Shown: positions 36,864-50,100 of the stretch, piece by piece
How positions within the stretch are numbered: the stretch's first letter is position 1
Layout: each line of letters begins with the position of its first letter
NCBI RefSeq assembly: GCF_001194135.2
Contig: NC_068986.1
Location: 64,450,190-64,514,189, forward strand
Source: Octopus bimaculoides
Lineage: Eukaryota
Direction of reading: 5' to 3'
Length of the DNA: 64,000 bases
Program-made: the position numbers and the translations under genes
The notes under the pieces: generated by a model
What the model was told of the DNA's origin: nothing
The model's input: the letters and a program-made list of their open reading frames with translations, nothing else
Database searches by the model: none

Positions 36864-38537
36864 TAAATATTGAGTTAGAAGCAGCTCTAATAATAAAAAA
36901 AATTTGATGTATATGTTTAGATTAAAGTTGTTCAGCTCCAGTATTTCGCCCAAGAGGGAAACGTCCCTTTCAGATGCCGGGTGTTAAAAACCCTGTATAC
37001 CTCAAAACTCATGTGAAACGAAGCGCTCCGCAAGTGAACGAGAAGAGTGGATAATGATATTTCACTGTTATTTCAGCTCATCGGCACTGTATGCTTGAGT
37101 TACACCTCGAAATGAATTCAACTCACTGGTCTGAGGTATTTATAGATAGCGTGAAATTTATCTGCTCATATGCAACAACTCCATTCGAGTAAAATAAAAT
37201 AAAATTTGAATGAGAAGCAGTTCTAATGATATAAACATTATTGATGTCACATGCTTAATGTATATGTTTTGTTTAAACGCTTTTCTGCTGCACTATTTCG
37301 TTCATGGAAAGTCCCTTTAAGATATCATTTCGAGGGTAACTCGATTATACGGTTCCGAATAGCTGAAATAACAGGTAAATATTGATGTCCATCTTTCTTG
37401 TTTACCTACAAAATTATTNNNNNNNNNNNNNNNNNNNNNNNNNNNNNNNNNNNNNNNNNNNNNNNNNNNNNNNNNNNNNNNNAATATATACATATATATA
37501 TATATTTATAAACACACACACACACTCACACACAATATATACATATATATATATAAGCGTATATTTATGCATATGTGTAGATGTAGACATATATGTGTGT
37601 ATGTCTATGTATATCTATATCTTCATACAGACGCAGACATATATGCGTGAATGTATGTGTGTGTATGTGCGTGCATACCTACCCATACATCAAATGAATG
37701 GGTGTGTACTACTTTTGAACCGTATGTAAACTGCAACTCAAACAAACGTGCACCTGTTCGGCACTCTATTTAGATGAGTTGCTCTAATTGTAGTTTTATC
37801 TTCAATGACGGTTTTATACTTTGTCTTCTTTTCTTTTCCTAATTCGACTTAGTTTTATTCTGAGAAAGATTGTTTAGTGAAAACAACCTTATCTTAAAGG
37901 CTCTTCATCAGTTTATTTTTTTGTTTCCGTGGTGCTGTGATCGCTGGGTGTGGATGCTCAGAGTAGTTTTCAGTCTAACATATTAAATCGTATAACGATC
38001 CAGTTAGAAATGCGGGGTGCATTATGAGAATTGTGGAGATTACGGTGAAGAATGCGGGAAAAAGTTCCACCAACATATCCGTAATATAGGAGAAACGTAT
38101 TAAAGACAATGTGACCCTAAGATGCAAGTAGATTAAGTGCCTAAAATACAGGGAAAATGAGCCATTGAAGACATTGCTTCATTTAAATTAGTTTATATTC
38201 ATGTTGATTTTCATCGTTAATTAAAACAGTTTTCCTATGTTAAGCAATAAATCTTTGTTTATGAATTTACCATTTCTTAACATTCAAATGCCATTAATTT
38301 AAACCAATTTTAATCAAAGTTTTATCAAATTCATTATAGCTGAAGAACTTCAGCTACTGACTATTTAGACTCGATAAGATAAAACTCTGACTAGAGAATA
38401 AATCGTTCAAAATACAAAACTCGGCTTGATATCTGATTGACCAGAGTGATTTCTATTGTAACTATTAATTGCCCGTTACAACTACTCTTTTCCGATTCTG
38501 AAATGTCTTTATATACATACATACATACATACATACA

Positions 38538-38573
<36 letters not shown>

Positions 38574-39104
38574 TANNNNNNNNNNNNNNNNNNNNNNNNN
38601 NNNNNNNNNNNNNNNNNNNNNNNNNNNNNNNNNNNNNNNNNNNNNNNNNNNNNNNNNNNNNNNNNNNNNNNNNNNNNNNNNNNNNNNNNNNNNNNNNNNN
38701 NNNNNNNNNNNNNNNNNNNNNNNNNNNNNNNNNNNNNNNNNNNNNNNNNNNNNNNNNNNNNNNNNNNNNNNNNNNNNNNNNNNNNNNNNNNNNNNNNNNN
38801 NNNNNNNNNNNNNNNNNNNNNNNNNNNNNNNNNNNNNNNNNNNNNNNNNNNNNNNNNNNNNNNNNNNNNNNNNNNNNNNNNNNNNNNNNNNNNNNNNNNN
38901 NNNNNNNNNNNNNNNNNNNNNNNNNNNNNNNNNNNNNNNNNNNNNNNNNNNNNNNNNNNNNNNNNNNNNNNNNNNNNNNNNNNNNNNNNNNNNNNNNNNN
39001 NNNNNNNNNNNNNNNNNNNNNNNNNNNNNNNNNNNNNNNNNNNNNNNNNNNNNNNNNNNNNNNNNNNNNNNNNNNNNNNNNNNNNNACATATATACATAT
39101 ATTG

Positions 39105-39260
39105 CGTCCTGCCTAGCTCTTCGAAACGCCGGTGTTAAAACGGAGGTAGCTGATGAAGTAGAATGTTCTCTATGTGGCTTGTGTGTTTTCTCGTCTCTGT
39201 TTTGTTTGCAATATCCTGTACCCAGATATGCACCTATACATACAGGTGGATGTCGGTATA
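39105..39260. repeat. Young interspersed repeat, with an inverted near-identical copy at 41556-41693
   Basis: 39122-39259 equals the reverse complement of 41556-41693 with one mismatch seen; contains 'cgaaacg' and 'ctgatgaag' motifs reminiscent of Penelope pseudo-LTRs. Confidence 0.7.
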
Positions 39261-39282
39261 TATATATGTGTATATATATCAC

Positions 39283-39548
39283 CTATTCTGATTATATGTC
39301 TGTGCACATGTTTGAATGTGGCGTGTGCCAGAGGGTTTGCAAATCCAATGGGGGCCTTAAAAGACATGTTAGGATCCACAATGAGCAGAACTTACCTGCA
39401 GGTATTGGTAGTGCAAATCAGAGGTGCAATCTGTGTGGGTGTTTTTTCAAAACACTGTCTGGTTTCAAAAGCCACATCAGACGCCATGAACGGGCTAAGG
39501 TGTAGGTGCAGGAGGTGGTCAAATTCTGTGTAAGGAGTAGACAACCAC
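39283..39548 (+). mobile_element. 5'-truncated 3' end of the zinc-finger RTE family (repeated at 39648-39908)
   Basis: 'FECGVCQRVCKSNGGLKRHVRIH', 'CNLCGCFFKTLSGFKSHIRRH' and the same 3' UTR 'gtggtcaaattctgtgtaaggagtagacaaccacc' as 36615-36651. Confidence 0.88.
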
Positions 39549-39554
39549 CATATA

Positions 39555-39586
<32 letters not shown>

Positions 39587-39913
39587 CATATATATATATT
39601 CTNNNNNNNNNNNNNNNNNNNNNNNNNNNNNNNNNNNNNNNNNNNNNTGATTATATGTCTGTGCACATGTTTGAATGTGGCGTGTGCCAGAGGGTTTGCA
39701 AATCCAATGGGGGCCTTAAAAGACATGTTAGGATCCACAATGAGCAGAACTTACCTGCAGGTATTGGTAGTGCAAATCAGAGGTGCAATCTGTGTGGGTG
39801 TTTTTTCAAAACACTGTCTGGTTTCAAAAGCCACATCAGACGCCATGAACGGGCTAAGGTGTAGGTGCAGGAGGTGGTCAAATTCTGTGTAAGGAGTAGA
39901 CAACCACCATATA

Positions 39914-39945
<32 letters not shown>

Positions 39946-40289
39946 CATATATATATATTCTAAACAAAACTGTCCGATAACCGGGAACGTGAAACTCTGA
40001 GTAACAGTTTTTGTGATATTTTTACTGCTTTTTAATAAGTGTGTATATATATTTCAAAAGGATGTGTTATAAAGCTATTCCGCACATAAAATAACAGCCA
40101 TCATCAGCTGTCCCACGGATATTACTATGGTTTCGACTTCTGGGCAGTACCATTCAATCCGGCGGTATCAACAGCACTATAATAAATATTGTTTGGGAAC
40201 AAACATACCTTAGAATCACTATATTCAATCAATCTTAATTCTAGGAAGGATTAAACACTAACATTATTAATTAAACTACAACAAAGAAA

Positions 40290-41474
40290 CACAGACATGA
40301 CAAAAGTAAATAGACACCCCATAAATCATCGTTTTATGTTTATTCTAACTCGTAATGGTTTATATTTTTTATTAATTGACATTTCTATGTTTCAGGTTCT
40401 ATATGTGACTTTTTAATCATAAAGAAGCCTTGGAGCTGTCTGAATTTCAAAGAAGCCGTATTGTGGACCATTCTGAAGATGGACATAATCAGCGTAATAT
40501 CACAGAAAACCTTGGGATCCCGCTTTCTACATTTAATACAGTGATTGTGCAATTCACCAGAGAGGGGAAGGAGTCCACATCATCTTGCCCAGATCAACCA
40601 GGGCCCTCTGACAAGACCCTTCTCTTTGCTAAAAGAAGTGTGGAGGATAATCCTCGTTGCAAGACCTCTGTCATAGCAGAACAAGTTGATGTCAGTTCCA
40701 GAACAGCTATCAGATATCTCCACAAACTTGGTAACTATTTTGGTTACTATTGCAGAGCAGCAAAAAGGAAGCCACTTCTTGACCAGTCAACATCAAGCGG
40801 AGAAAAGATTGGGCCAGTGAGATGGTGGAGGGGCCGCTAGCATTTTAGGACGTTGTCATATTCTCGGATGAGTCCAGATTTACTGTATTTCATGACAGTG
40901 GTCGAGTGTGGGTCTGGAGACTCTCTGATCAAGAATTTGATATGAAAAGATTGCAGCCAACAATGAAACATGGCAGCTATTCTGTGATGGTCTGGGGAGA
41001 AATTTGGAGCAATAGTTGATCAGAGCTGGTGGAGTGTGAGGGAAACAAACTCAGATAAAAATGTGTCCATATTGCACAAAGGCCTCATTCCAATCTTCTC
41101 CAGTGGTAAAATGATTAAAGAAGATTATTTATGTAAAATAGGGACCCTTGCCTCATGGCTGAGATTTGTTGGATGAGAATGGCATTAAACAACTTCCATG
41201 GCCAAACCTGTCACCAGATAGGAACCCTTTGAACACCTCTGGGACATAACGGACAGGACACTTAATAAAAAAAATAAAAGAAAGCATCTTTAAAGCCAAA
41301 TCTTTTGAGATTACTGCATGAAACTTGGCGAGAAATTCCGCCAGAGAATATTCGTCATCTGATCAGTAACATGCCTTATAAGGTGCTTGCATTGAAAAAT
41401 GCAAAGGACGTGTTTACTAAATATGAAATAGATTCTAATGATTATAGGTGTGTCTATTTATTTCTGTCATGCCA

Positions 41475-41476
<2 letters not shown>
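40290..41476 (+). mobile_element. Tc1-type (DD34E) element, full-length, defective
   Basis: TIRs 'cagacatgacaaaagtaaatagacac' / 'gtgtctatttatttctgtcatgccag' plus TA; 'ELSEFQRSRIV', 'RAAKRKPLL', 'VIFSDESRF', 'VMVWG', 'LPWPNLSPDRNPFEHLW'. Confidence 0.92.
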
Positions 41477-41512
<36 letters not shown>

Positions 41513-42636
41513 AAATAGTAAAAGAGTATATGCATATATACGTACAGGTATGTGCATACCGACATCCACCTGTATGTATAGGTGCATATCTGGGTACAGG
41601 ACATTGCAAACAAAACAGAGACGAGAAAACACACAAGCCACATAGAGAACATTCTACTTCATCAGCTACCTCCGTTTTAACACCGGCGTTTCGNNNNNNN
41701 NNNNNNNNNNNNNNNNNNNNNNNNNNNNNNNNNNNNNNNNNNNNNNNNNNNNNNNNNNNNNNNNNNNNNNNNNNNNNNNNNNNNNNNNNNNNNNNNNNNN
41801 NNNNNNNNNNNNNNNNNNNNNNNNNNNNNNNNNNNNNNNNNNNNNNNNNNNNNNNNNNNNNNNNNNNNNNNNNNNNNNNNNNNNNNNNNNNNNNNNNNNN
41901 NNNNNNNNNNNNNNNNNNNNNNNNNNNNNNNNNNNNNNNNNNNNNNNNNNNNNNNNNNNNNNNNNNNNNNNNNNNNNNNNNNNNNNNNNNNNNNNNNNNN
42001 NNNNNNNNNNNNNNNNNNNNNNNNNNNNNNNNNNNNNNNNNNNNNNNNNNNNNNNNNNNNNNNNNNNNNNNNNNNNNNNNNNNNNNNNNNNNNNNNNNNN
42101 NNNNNNNNNNNNNNNNNNNNNNNNNNNNNNNNNNNNNNNNNNNNNNNNNNNNNNNNNNNNNNNNNNNNNNNNNNNNNNNNNNNNNNNNNNNNNNNNNNNN
42201 NNNNNNNNNNNNNNNNNNNNNNNNNNNNNNNNNNNTTAGAAGAATGAAACCGGCGCTCTTGACAGACGATTCTCGTCTGCTACAATCTATGTGTGTGATA
42301 ACTATGTATCAAGCGCCTATATGAGGGTTTCTCTCAAGGCTAATAACGCAGTATTCGGTGTTCTAAAGTCGGATAAAAAGATTATCATTTGGTATTAATA
42401 CGGCTTCCGTCCCTAATAATTTATATATGTATGTACTATTTTATTAGAGCCGGAAAAACTTCAGTGACTGTTACTCAGAGCTTCATGTAACCGTTCATGA
42501 AACGGTTGTGATAGAGCAAACTATTGGCTAACTTATGTATGTATGTATGTATGTATGTATGTATGTATGTATGTATGTATGTATGTATGTATGTATGTAT
42601 GCATGTATGATATCTATATATATGTATATACGTATG

Positions 42637-42680
<44 letters not shown>

Positions 42681-42754
42681 ATGTATATATGTTTATATGT
42701 ATACCTGTGTATAAAATGAATTAATGTATGAGATATTTAGGTATATTCTTTTAT

Positions 42755-43125
42755 TGTTTTACTTGTTTAAGTCATTTGACTGCAGCTTTGCTGGAGCATC
42801 GCCTTGGCGGGTTTTAATCGAACAAATCGACCCCAAGATTTATTTTTAAGCTTTACACTTAATATATCGGACTCTTTTGCCGAACCGCTGTATTATGGAA
42901 ACGTAAACACACCAGCACCGGTTGTCAAGCGGTGATATCACGCGCGCGCACACACACACACACACATACACGAAAGGCTTCTTTCAGTTTCCGTCTACCA
43001 AACCCACTCACAAGGCTTTGGTCCACTCGAGGCTATGGTAGAAGACACTTGCCCAAGGTGCCACACAGTAAGACTGAACCAAGAACCATGGGGTTGAGAA
43101 GCAAGCGTCTTACCCTGCGGCTGTA
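42755..43125 (-). mobile_element. SINE family A
   Basis: Tail 'gtcatttgactgcagc...', core 'ttctttcagtttccgtctaccaaacccactcacaaggctttgg', head 'gactgaaccaagaaccatgg'. Confidence 0.88.
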
Positions 43126-43255
43126 TTTGCATATGCATAAATACATATATACATGCATACATATAAACCATATACGCGCGCGTGTGTGTGTGTGTGAGTG
43201 TTTGTGTGTATGTGTCTGTGTGTGTGTGTGTGTGAGTGTTTGTGTGAGTGTTTGT

Positions 43256-43293
<38 letters not shown>

Positions 43294-43918
43294 GCGATAT
43301 ACATAATTTGCTTTCCCTCGACTTATATCACTTAGCAGTCAGCTATTTTATGTTCCTAAATCGAAAGATCACATTCTCATAGACACACAGTTTTCTATAA
43401 ACTGAAATATGTTGTCCTTATACGACACACTTCTACCAACTGTCAGAGCCCACATACCACCGGCAAAAGAACAAAAAATGTTTATCCAGAGATTTTAATT
43501 TTAACTCTAAATACAAAAATAAAATAAAATAAACACCANNNNNNNNNNNNNNNNNNNNNNNNNNNNNNNNNNNNNNNNNNNNNNNNNNNNNNNNNNNNNN
43601 NNNNNNNNNNNNNNNNNNNNNNNNNNNNNNNNNNNNNNNNNNNNNNNNNNNNNNNNNNNNNNNNNNNNNNNNNNNNNNNNNNNNNNNNNNNNNNNNNNNN
43701 NNNNNNNNNNNNNNNNNNNNNNNNNNNNNNNNNNNNNNNNNNNNNNNNNNNNNNNNNNNNNNNNNNNNNNNNNNNNNNNNNNNNNNNNNNNNNNNNNNNN
43801 NNNNNNNNNNNNNNNNNNNNNNNNNNNNNNNNNNNNNNNNNNNNNNNNNNNNNNNNNNNNNNNNNNNNNNNNNNNNNNNNNNNNNNNNNNNNNNNNNNNN
43901 NNNNNNNNNNNNNNNNNN

Positions 43919-43984
<66 letters not shown>

Positions 43985-44095
43985 CTGCATATATATATAA
44001 ATGTATACATACATAGCTGCATACACACGTATAAATGTATATATATTTCTGTGTTTTCTGTTTATGCGCGTGTATAAGCATGTATACGTGTGTGT

Positions 44096-44130
<35 letters not shown>

Positions 44131-44885
44131 CATACACACAACATACATACACACATACAATATATAAACACGCACACAAATACATACATACATACCTGCA
44201 CCTTGCATAAATAATAGAAAAACTCCTAAAAGGTTTGACAATGCGGTGAAGTAGAGTCCTTGGTTATGGATACTTGAGTTGTAAAACTAACTTGTTAAGG
44301 GTCAACCACGTGTATGTTAATTCGCTATTTTCATCTCCAGCTGTGTAGGGTTTCGGTGGGTGGGGCTCAACTTGTTTTTATGGAAGGTTAGTTATAGCAC
44401 ACATTTGTTGTTTCTACCCTGTCTTTACTTCCTGAATAATCTCTAGCTTATACACACATACAGCAATATATATACATATATACGTGTGCATTCAGCTATG
44501 TATGTGTACATCTATATATATGCAGATGTGTGGGTATATATNNNNNNNNNNNNNNNNNNNNNNNNNNNNNNNNNNNNNNNNNNNNNNNNNNNNNNNNNNN
44601 NNNNNNNNNNNNNNNNNNNNNNNNNNNNNNNNNNNNNNNNNNNNNNNNNNNNNNNNNNNNNNNNNNNNNNNNNNNNNNNNNNNNNNNNNNNNNNNNNNNN
44701 NNNNNNNNNNNNNNNNNNNNNNNNNNNNNNNNNNNNNNNNNNNNNNNNNNNNNNNNNNNNNNNNNNNNNNNNNNNNNNNNNNNNNNNNNNNNNNNNNNNN
44801 NNNNNNNNNNNNNNNNNNNNNNNNNNNNNNNNNNNNNNNNNNNNNNNNNNNNNNNNNNNNNNNNTACATATATATATATATATAG

Positions 44886-45060
44886 GAGAATTTACGAGAA
44901 AAACAACAGACGAAGACAGGTGGTGTAAACAACAAATGGATGTATTAGTTTAACGCTCGGGAATAGAGAAAGCCTTTGACGTTTCGAGCTACGCTCTTCA
45001 ACTGAAAGGAACACAAAAAGAAATAAGGAGAGAAACAAGGAGAAAAAAATATATAAATGT
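44886..45060 (-). mobile_element. Solo Penelope-type terminal repeat with hammerhead-like motif
   Basis: The reverse complement of 44886-44950 matches the 3' tail of the Penelope element at 62170-62228; hammerhead-like core at 44973-45009. Confidence 0.65.
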
Positions 45061-45364
45061 AGTGGTCAGCGATCTATATACAACACATAAATTATATACA
45101 GAGTAGTGCATAAAAAATACGAAGAGATGAATATCATGTATGTCTACGTTTGAGATCAAATATAATAATTTTTTTTTAATATCGCCCCAAAACAGGTGTA
45201 GTCTTGAACACCTTAAATCTCCTTGTCTGAAGTGCCACCGATTGTGATAGTGAGCAGCATCAAAACCTTTAATATTACGCCCTATCCCTCAATAGTTTCG
45301 ACTGAAAGTTACCTGCGTGTTTGGAAAGTTGGATCAATAATAACATTATGCTGAAATAATCATC

Positions 45365-45570
45365 TTTAATTTAGGCACAGGCCACCATGTTAGAGGTGCG
45401 GGATTTAGTCAATATTACCGATCCCAGTATTTGATTGGTACTTTATTTTATCGGCTCCTATAGGATGAAAGGCAACGTAACCTCGATGGAGTTTGAACTC
45501 AGAATGTGAAGATCCAGAACAAATATTGCAAAGCAATTTTTCCGACGAACTAAGGATTCTGCCCGTATAC
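45365..45570 (-). mobile_element. SINE family B, diverged
   Basis: 'ggatgaaaggcaacgtaacctcgatggagtttgaactcagaatgt'. Confidence 0.75.
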
Positions 45571-47019
45571 AATAACAATAAAAGTATTTTATAAACCTGT
45601 CAACCCTAACTGAAACTACACCACAGCAAACTTAGCTGATATATACCGGCGACCATTTTCAACAACTGACGAACTGTAAACAATAGCCGGGTTCTATGGC
45701 GCGCTCTGTTTACTCTGCTTTCTCGCACAGCTTTGTCAGGTTGCTCAACCAGTCGCGGGCTTTTAGGACAAATGTGGGTTACAAGAATGTAATTAAATAT
45801 ATCGGTAGTTTGTACTCAGATTATTGACAAAACTTTTAGTGACCAGTTTGTATCCCTGAGGACAATCTTGTAGTTAATATTTTTAAACATTTCAAAGACA
45901 AGGTTTCTTGGAAAGACTCAATCTATTAGTCTCTCTATTGCACTGTGTTTGAGTGAAACATTAATCTCCAACTACAGTCAAACTCCATCATGGCTCCAGT
46001 TAATAAACGAGGGAAAATGAAGCTAGTTATTTACTGAAAGTGGTAGTATGTAAGACCTACAAACTGCACTGCAAGAAAATAATACAGTGTATCAGCGAAA
46101 TAAGCTTGGATACTAAAAGTAAATTTACTAAGGAATATACACGTGACAGAATATGTAATGAGAGTAAACAATATACTCTGACCGATCTAAGCATGCATGT
46201 AGCAGACATGCTCCATGAGTGGAACCGAAAAAGAGACGCTGTATCAAGAAACAAAGTTTGCATTTTCGCATGTAAGTGAGCTGAAGCTTGTCTTAACTCT
46301 AATCCTAACTTCATAGTATAGTCGTTTTATTATATAAGGATTTAATACTGTATCAGAAAACTAAAATAGCACAGAATTTGCCAGTAGATTTTCACGTTAA
46401 AATTATTGATTTCCATCATTTAAGTTTCTTTCTTGGGTTTACCCTTGCGACCATGCCTCTAAAGGGTAAATCTGATGGGAGTGATGGTGATGCATCATAA
46501 TAATCTATTAGGAACAGGACTTTCTATTAAGCAATATTGGCAGTATGGATGAAACGCCTGATAACTTTGATATCTTCGGTAATCCTGTAGACATGAGGAC
46601 ATAAAAAAGAAAAGATTTTGCAGAAGGAGTTTCAAGCATATTTTACCTAATAATAATTTTCAAAAGGAAAATGATGCATAAAATCAATTCCTCGTTTTTT
46701 TTTGTAGAAGGTAAGATGGATGGATTGATGATGTATGATCTAAGGAGCCTGTTGACTGGCTTTGAAAGATGAGAAGTCGAAATTCTTTCAAATGATTCGA
46801 AGGCTAGTCTTTCTCATAATTCGCTGTTAACTCCATCTTACAATGTATTTCAAAAACTGCTGATGTCACATGATGAGGATATACATTTTGAAGGATTTTA
46901 ATATATGATTAATGTAATAATAATTTTATTGAAATATACTATTAAGATTTAAATCTTTAACCTTATTTTACATTTAAACTATTTAAAATATTGAAAATTA
47001 ATATGTTGGGTTCAAATTT

Positions 47020-47195
47020 TGGGACAAGGTCAGCAATTTCGATGAGGGAGTAAGTCGATTACCTCGGCTCCAGTGCTAAACTTGTACTTATTTTATTGGT
47101 CCCAAAAAGGATTTAAACTTAGAACGTAAAGAGCCGGAAGAAAAGCTTCTAAGCATTTTGTCCGGCGCGGTAACGGTTTTACTAGCTCACTGCTT
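47020..47195 (-). mobile_element. SINE family B, diverged/deleted
   Basis: 'ttcaaattttgggacaagg...aagtcgatt...agcattttgtccggcgcggtaacgg'. Confidence 0.7.
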
Positions 47196-48810
47196 TATTT
47201 GTGAATTAATATATTAAGTGTGAATTATGTTTCTGTAACATGTTTTTATTCAGTAAGTGATATTTCTAATACACAAATAGCATGGAACTACAGGTGTAAT
47301 CAAATGAATTACTGTACCATAATACAGACACGACCTATGATCGATGTAAATAATCATGATGCAGTCATACGAATAATCTACAACAAGACAGAGTTTAAAA
47401 ATTAAAGAAAGCATCTGCACCGTATTTTATACTAACATTTCTAACATATGACTGTATGATATTTATATACACCGAAAACAGTGAATGCAATGCAAATAAA
47501 ATTATAGTTTACACCATTTTAACTCCTGTAAAACAATCAACGCCTCAGTGTCGTCTCTAGTGTTTACTTTACACAAGCCAGAAAACTTTGTTGAATGTTA
47601 AGGTAGATAATTGACAGTGTTTTGCCATTATTTGAAATGAGCTGTCCCAGTTTTAATAATCAAGACTGTTAGCTTAACAGAATCATTTCACTGCCTATAC
47701 AGCTGGTTGTTAAAGAGCTATACAACTTAAATTCTTGAGTTATTAAAATTATCTGAGCCTCTAGGATGTATCAAAATTACCAAATAGCAGTTAAGTCGAG
47801 GGTTACTTGAGATGGGGAGATAACCACAGGACTCAAGGATTCTATTTTTTTTTTGCATAAGTTTAAGTCTTTCGGCTACTGGAGAAAATTCGAACAATTG
47901 ACGCGATGGCGGCCATTGAGTTAGAAAAACGTGTCTTTTTATCTCCAAACAACAGCATCGCATCTTTGAAGAATTCTCAGGCGGTGCTTGTCTTAATTGC
48001 CCCTTGGTAACAATAATATATTTTCTGGAGGCGGAATTAATTTGAACAGAACAAAAATTCATGTTGTACGTTATTTGATATACGTGTACTTGTCTATGTT
48101 GTTCAAATACAGTATATGGTCACTCTGAGATATTTCCCTTAGCTCAAGCTCATTTTTGTTAAAGATCTATCAAGACAGTGAGGTGCCAGCGGTAAGAGAC
48201 TGCAGCGACTACATGATGGTTGCAGCATCATCCTTTTCACTAACTCAGAAACTCGATTATTTGTATGTAACTGTAGGACACATAAGCGCCTGAAAATACG
48301 CGTATCATCCATCCTGTGTAACATTTTTTAATACTTTCAACTAAAACCAACAGTTGTAACGTACTATGGTGAAATACTGCTGAGTAATCTGAGACAGATT
48401 AAAACTTACAAGTCACATGGAAATTATTGGCATCATCTTACGCGCGCGCGCGCACACACACACACGCACACACACGCACACACACACATACACACAGACA
48501 CACAAACACACACACGCACACACAAACACACGCACACACACGCACACACACGCACACACAGACACACAAACACACACACACACGCACATACACACACACA
48601 CATACACACACAGACACAGACACACACGCACACACATACACACACGCGCACACAAACACACACACACACGCACACACACGCACACACACACGCACACACA
48701 CGCACACACACACACATACACACACAGACACACAAACGCACACACNNNNNNNNNNNNNNNNNNNNNNNNNNNNNNNNNNNNNNNNNNNNNNNNNNNNNNN
48801 NNNNNNNNNN

Positions 48811-48876
<66 letters not shown>

Positions 48877-49997
48877 ATACACATTAGTGTATAGTATGCA
48901 TACATATTTGTCCTGGGTTTGACATTAAACTGCATTCGGTGGTGAGGTTCCATTTCAGGAGTTCTGGAGTTGTGGAGACCGTGGAGTCACCTTTTAATTA
49001 CAATTACTCCCAGGTCCGTTCTGACCCAAACGGTCGTAGCTGCCAGGGTCCCATCTATGGGTTAAATAGATTTCCTAAGAGCCGACGAGGCCCTCGCTAT
49101 TTTTGACAAAACTGTGGGGAAGTCAGCTCTTCTAGGAAGATTCTCTAACATAAAACATGCAGTCAAAATAGTCATGTTGTAATGTTTGTTTCTGGAATCT
49201 ACTATGGCGACCGAGAGAGTGACAAAAGTATTGTACCAACTTTTGTTGCTTAAATCCAATGGCGTACAAAAGTTTCACTATTAATTTCGTTTCTGAAAAG
49301 TCATATCCTCGCACAGCCAAGGATGGCAGTAAATCAGATCAATCAAGCTGAATGTGAGACGGATATCATCGGACAACATGTGAACACTTTAGCAGCTATA
49401 CTGGACATATCATATTTCAAGCAAATACGAGGACGGTCTAACGATGGAGCGTCTACGTCCTTATATTACATTATACCATCTTAAAAAGCAGGAATTAGAC
49501 CACGTGGTCCTCGAGCTGGTCACGTTTAAAATTTTAAGAGATAAGTAAATGAAGTGTAACATTCATGCCTTTTCCAGGAAGGCTAGCAGTACAGCGGATC
49601 AATGATCGAAGGTGTTCAGTCCATGAGCATTCCAATTTTTATTCAGACACAGTGCATTCAGGACCACATTAGCCAACGTATCATTCTTCTTTTAAAACAA
49701 TAGGGTGTAATTGGGAAATGTTGCTGGAATTTCTAGCAGGTCGAATGAATGCGAAAGGGCTTTCGTTCTTGGCAGTATAAGTAAAGTGAAATGGTTTCAA
49801 TCAGGGATTAAAATCGTGTTGTACTGTTTGAATTTTTGCAGTTTACTTCTTATTCCACGGTGCTTGCTACTGTTGTGCATAGTAATGCTTTCTAACTTAC
49901 AAGGCAACAAACATCAAGGGAAGAGTATAACAAAACGACTAAAAGTAGTGTAACTGTGGGGGACGGTCTACACCAGTGCCGTATTTTGGCAGCACTT

Positions 49998-50100
<103 letters not shown>

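Noticed and set aside
38455-38500. Minus-strand 'NRKRVVVTG', resembling the start of a ketoacyl synthase
   Set aside because: A stop codon follows within two codons; chance match.
39179-39864. ORFs that look like small C2H2 zinc-finger genes
   Set aside because: They are 3' ends of the RTE LINE (same fingers and 3' UTR as 36385-36651), not host transcription-factor genes.
39603-39961. Exact tandem duplicate of the zinc-finger RTE tail (39289-39602 repeated at 39648-39961)
   Set aside because: Identical including the microsatellite and separated by a 45-N gap; most likely overlapping contig ends, not a real ZNF gene duplication.
45840-46320. Possible very old CR1/L2 RT remnant
   Set aside because: Only faint similarity by eye, with no intact motif.
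47720-49560. Several protein-like short frames in unique sequence (e.g. 'LYWTYHISSKYEDGLTMERLRPYITLYHLKKQELDHVVLELVTFK')
   Set aside because: No recognisable domain and competing frames on both strands; cannot be called without RNA or homology data.
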